DNA of 64,000 nt from Takakia lepidozioides (lineage: Eukaryota; Plantae; Bryophyta). Location of the stretch: positions 47,368,001 to 47,432,000 of the forward strand of contig CM060731.1 in assembly GCA_030704615.1 (NCBI GenBank), read 5' to 3'. This document shows, in pieces, positions 62,843-64,000 of the stretch (position 1 is the stretch's first letter; the number at the start of each line of letters is the position of its first letter). A program made the position numbers and the translations under genes. The notes under the pieces are model-generated. The model did not search any database and had not been told where the DNA came from. It saw only the letters and a program-made list of their open reading frames with translations.

Positions 62843-64000
62843 TGTTAGAAGTCAGCTCAGATTTAGTTAGCTAGGGTTCTGTTAGGGTTTTTTGACGGCT
62901 AGGGATAGTTCTACCAGAAGGTTCCAGCCACCAGAAGTTTCTAGAGAACTCATGTAGGATTTAAGGGAAAAGCTGAGGCAATGCCCAACACTTCTTCTAG
63001 CATTTTGGATGTGCTATCCTAGTAGATTGCAGAAAGAGGAGGAGGAGAAGTCCAGCATCTACTTTTGTAAGTTCTTTTTTTTGCAGTAAGGAGCATTCTT
63101 GTTAGGACTGACACTTCTTGTTAGTACTAACTCTTTGGTTGGTTTAGGCTGTCAGTTTTTGTACTGCTGCTTGTGCTAGAAGCTATCTGTCAATATCTCT
63201 AGGAGGTAGAGGACAGGTCTAGTTTCCAACCTGGCTCTGACACCAAGGTCTAGTTTCCAACAGGTTATGGGCCCACAAGACATTACAACTACTTGGACAG
63301 TTGAGCCACTGGATGGTAACAACTATAAGAGTTGGATCTACACGATGCAGCTCCTGCTCTCTTCAAAGAGCCTATGGTCAATAGTGGCTAAAAAGCCTTC
63401 AGAGGATAACCTGAAGGAGGAGAGATGGATCCAAAAGAATGAGCTTGCAATGGCAGCTCTAGTCACAAACATGAGATCAAAGCTGGTAGTTTTGGTAAGG
63501 AATCTTACAACTGCTCATGAGGTCTGGCAGACCTTAAGTGAGGTGTATGAGGCAGATGCAATGGGGAAAACATATGTCATATGGAAACAGCTCATGGACT
63601 TGAGAATGAGAGAAGGTGAGAGTGTAGCCATTTACATTGCCACTGTTAAACCCATGTGTATGGAGATAGTTGATGCGGGAGAACCCATGACTGAATCACT
63701 TCAGATCATGACCTTGTTTGGCACCTTGCCAAAGAGTTATGACATGGTGGAAACCGCATTGGCTACTCATGGTAAGAATCGACTGAGTTGGAAGTATGTC
63801 ACTTCACAACTCATCATGGAAGAAAGCAAGCTGACTAGGGATAGCTCAAGTATGGACAATGCCCTGACGGCTACTTCCATCAAGAAAGATGGAGCATGTT
63901 TCCGATGCGGCAAATTTGGGCATTTCCAGTAGGACTGCAAGGTGAAGATTGACAAGTCCAAGAAGGACAAGTGGAGACCAAGGAAAGGGAAGTCTGTACA
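62843..64000 (+). mobile_element. Ty1/Copia retrotransposon 5' part: LTR 62843-63262, PBS 63263-63275, gag (runs off the window)
   Basis: TGTT...AACA, then GGTTATGGGCCCA, then a Copia-type Gag. Confidence 0.85.
63267..63932 (+). CDS. gag: Copia Gag (premature TAG inside the CCHC knuckle)
   Basis: LDGNNYKSW, TAHEVWQTL, LPKSYD, CFRCGKFGHFQ*DC. Confidence 0.85.
   Translation: MGPQDITTTWTVEPLDGNNYKSWIYTMQLLLSSKSLWSIVAKKPSEDNLKEERWIQKNELAMAALVTNMRSKLVVLVRNLTTAHEVWQTLSEVYEADAMGKTYVIWKQLMDLRMREGESVAIYIATVKPMCMEIVDAGEPMTESLQIMTLFGTLPKSYDMVETALATHGKNRLSWKYVTSQLIMEESKLTRDSSSMDNALTATSIKKDGACFRCGKFGHFQ

Overview
Eukaryotic genomic DNA, apparently from a land plant. A non-seed lineage is my inference from the retroelement types and the DYW-PPR gene. 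The first third is a 19.2-kb nest of two Ty3/Gypsy retrotransposons, apparently inside an intron of a decayed PHI-1/EXORDIUM gene that may be joined to a CUB-domain exon. The inner element (4964-11931) is a young, conventional chromovirus. The outer element (2153-21323) is the stand-out feature. Its polyprotein reads Gag-protease-C5 DNA methyltransferase-RT-RNaseH-DDE integrase-PHD finger. It has no tRNA primer site but has a Tf1-like self-complementary primer site. Instead of two LTRs it has split direct repeats (A1...B1-A2-B2) with a 4-bp TSD and a palindromic CA|GC|TG junction between B1 and A2. This is the structure expected if a 2-LTR circle were opened inside one LTR and integrated. The rest of the window holds a DYW-PPR editing factor with a degenerate duplicated tail, a LysM-RLK-related pseudokinase, a FAR-17a/AIG1-like gene and a phosphoglycerate-mutase-like gene with LINEs in its introns. 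It also holds about six copies or fragments of a poly(A)-less LINE that inserts at CTCT, an RLE-type LINE fragment, a MITE, a small GNRA-hairpin repeat and the start of a half-tRNA-primed Copia element. All alignments were made by eye. Some frameshifts may be assembly indel errors.
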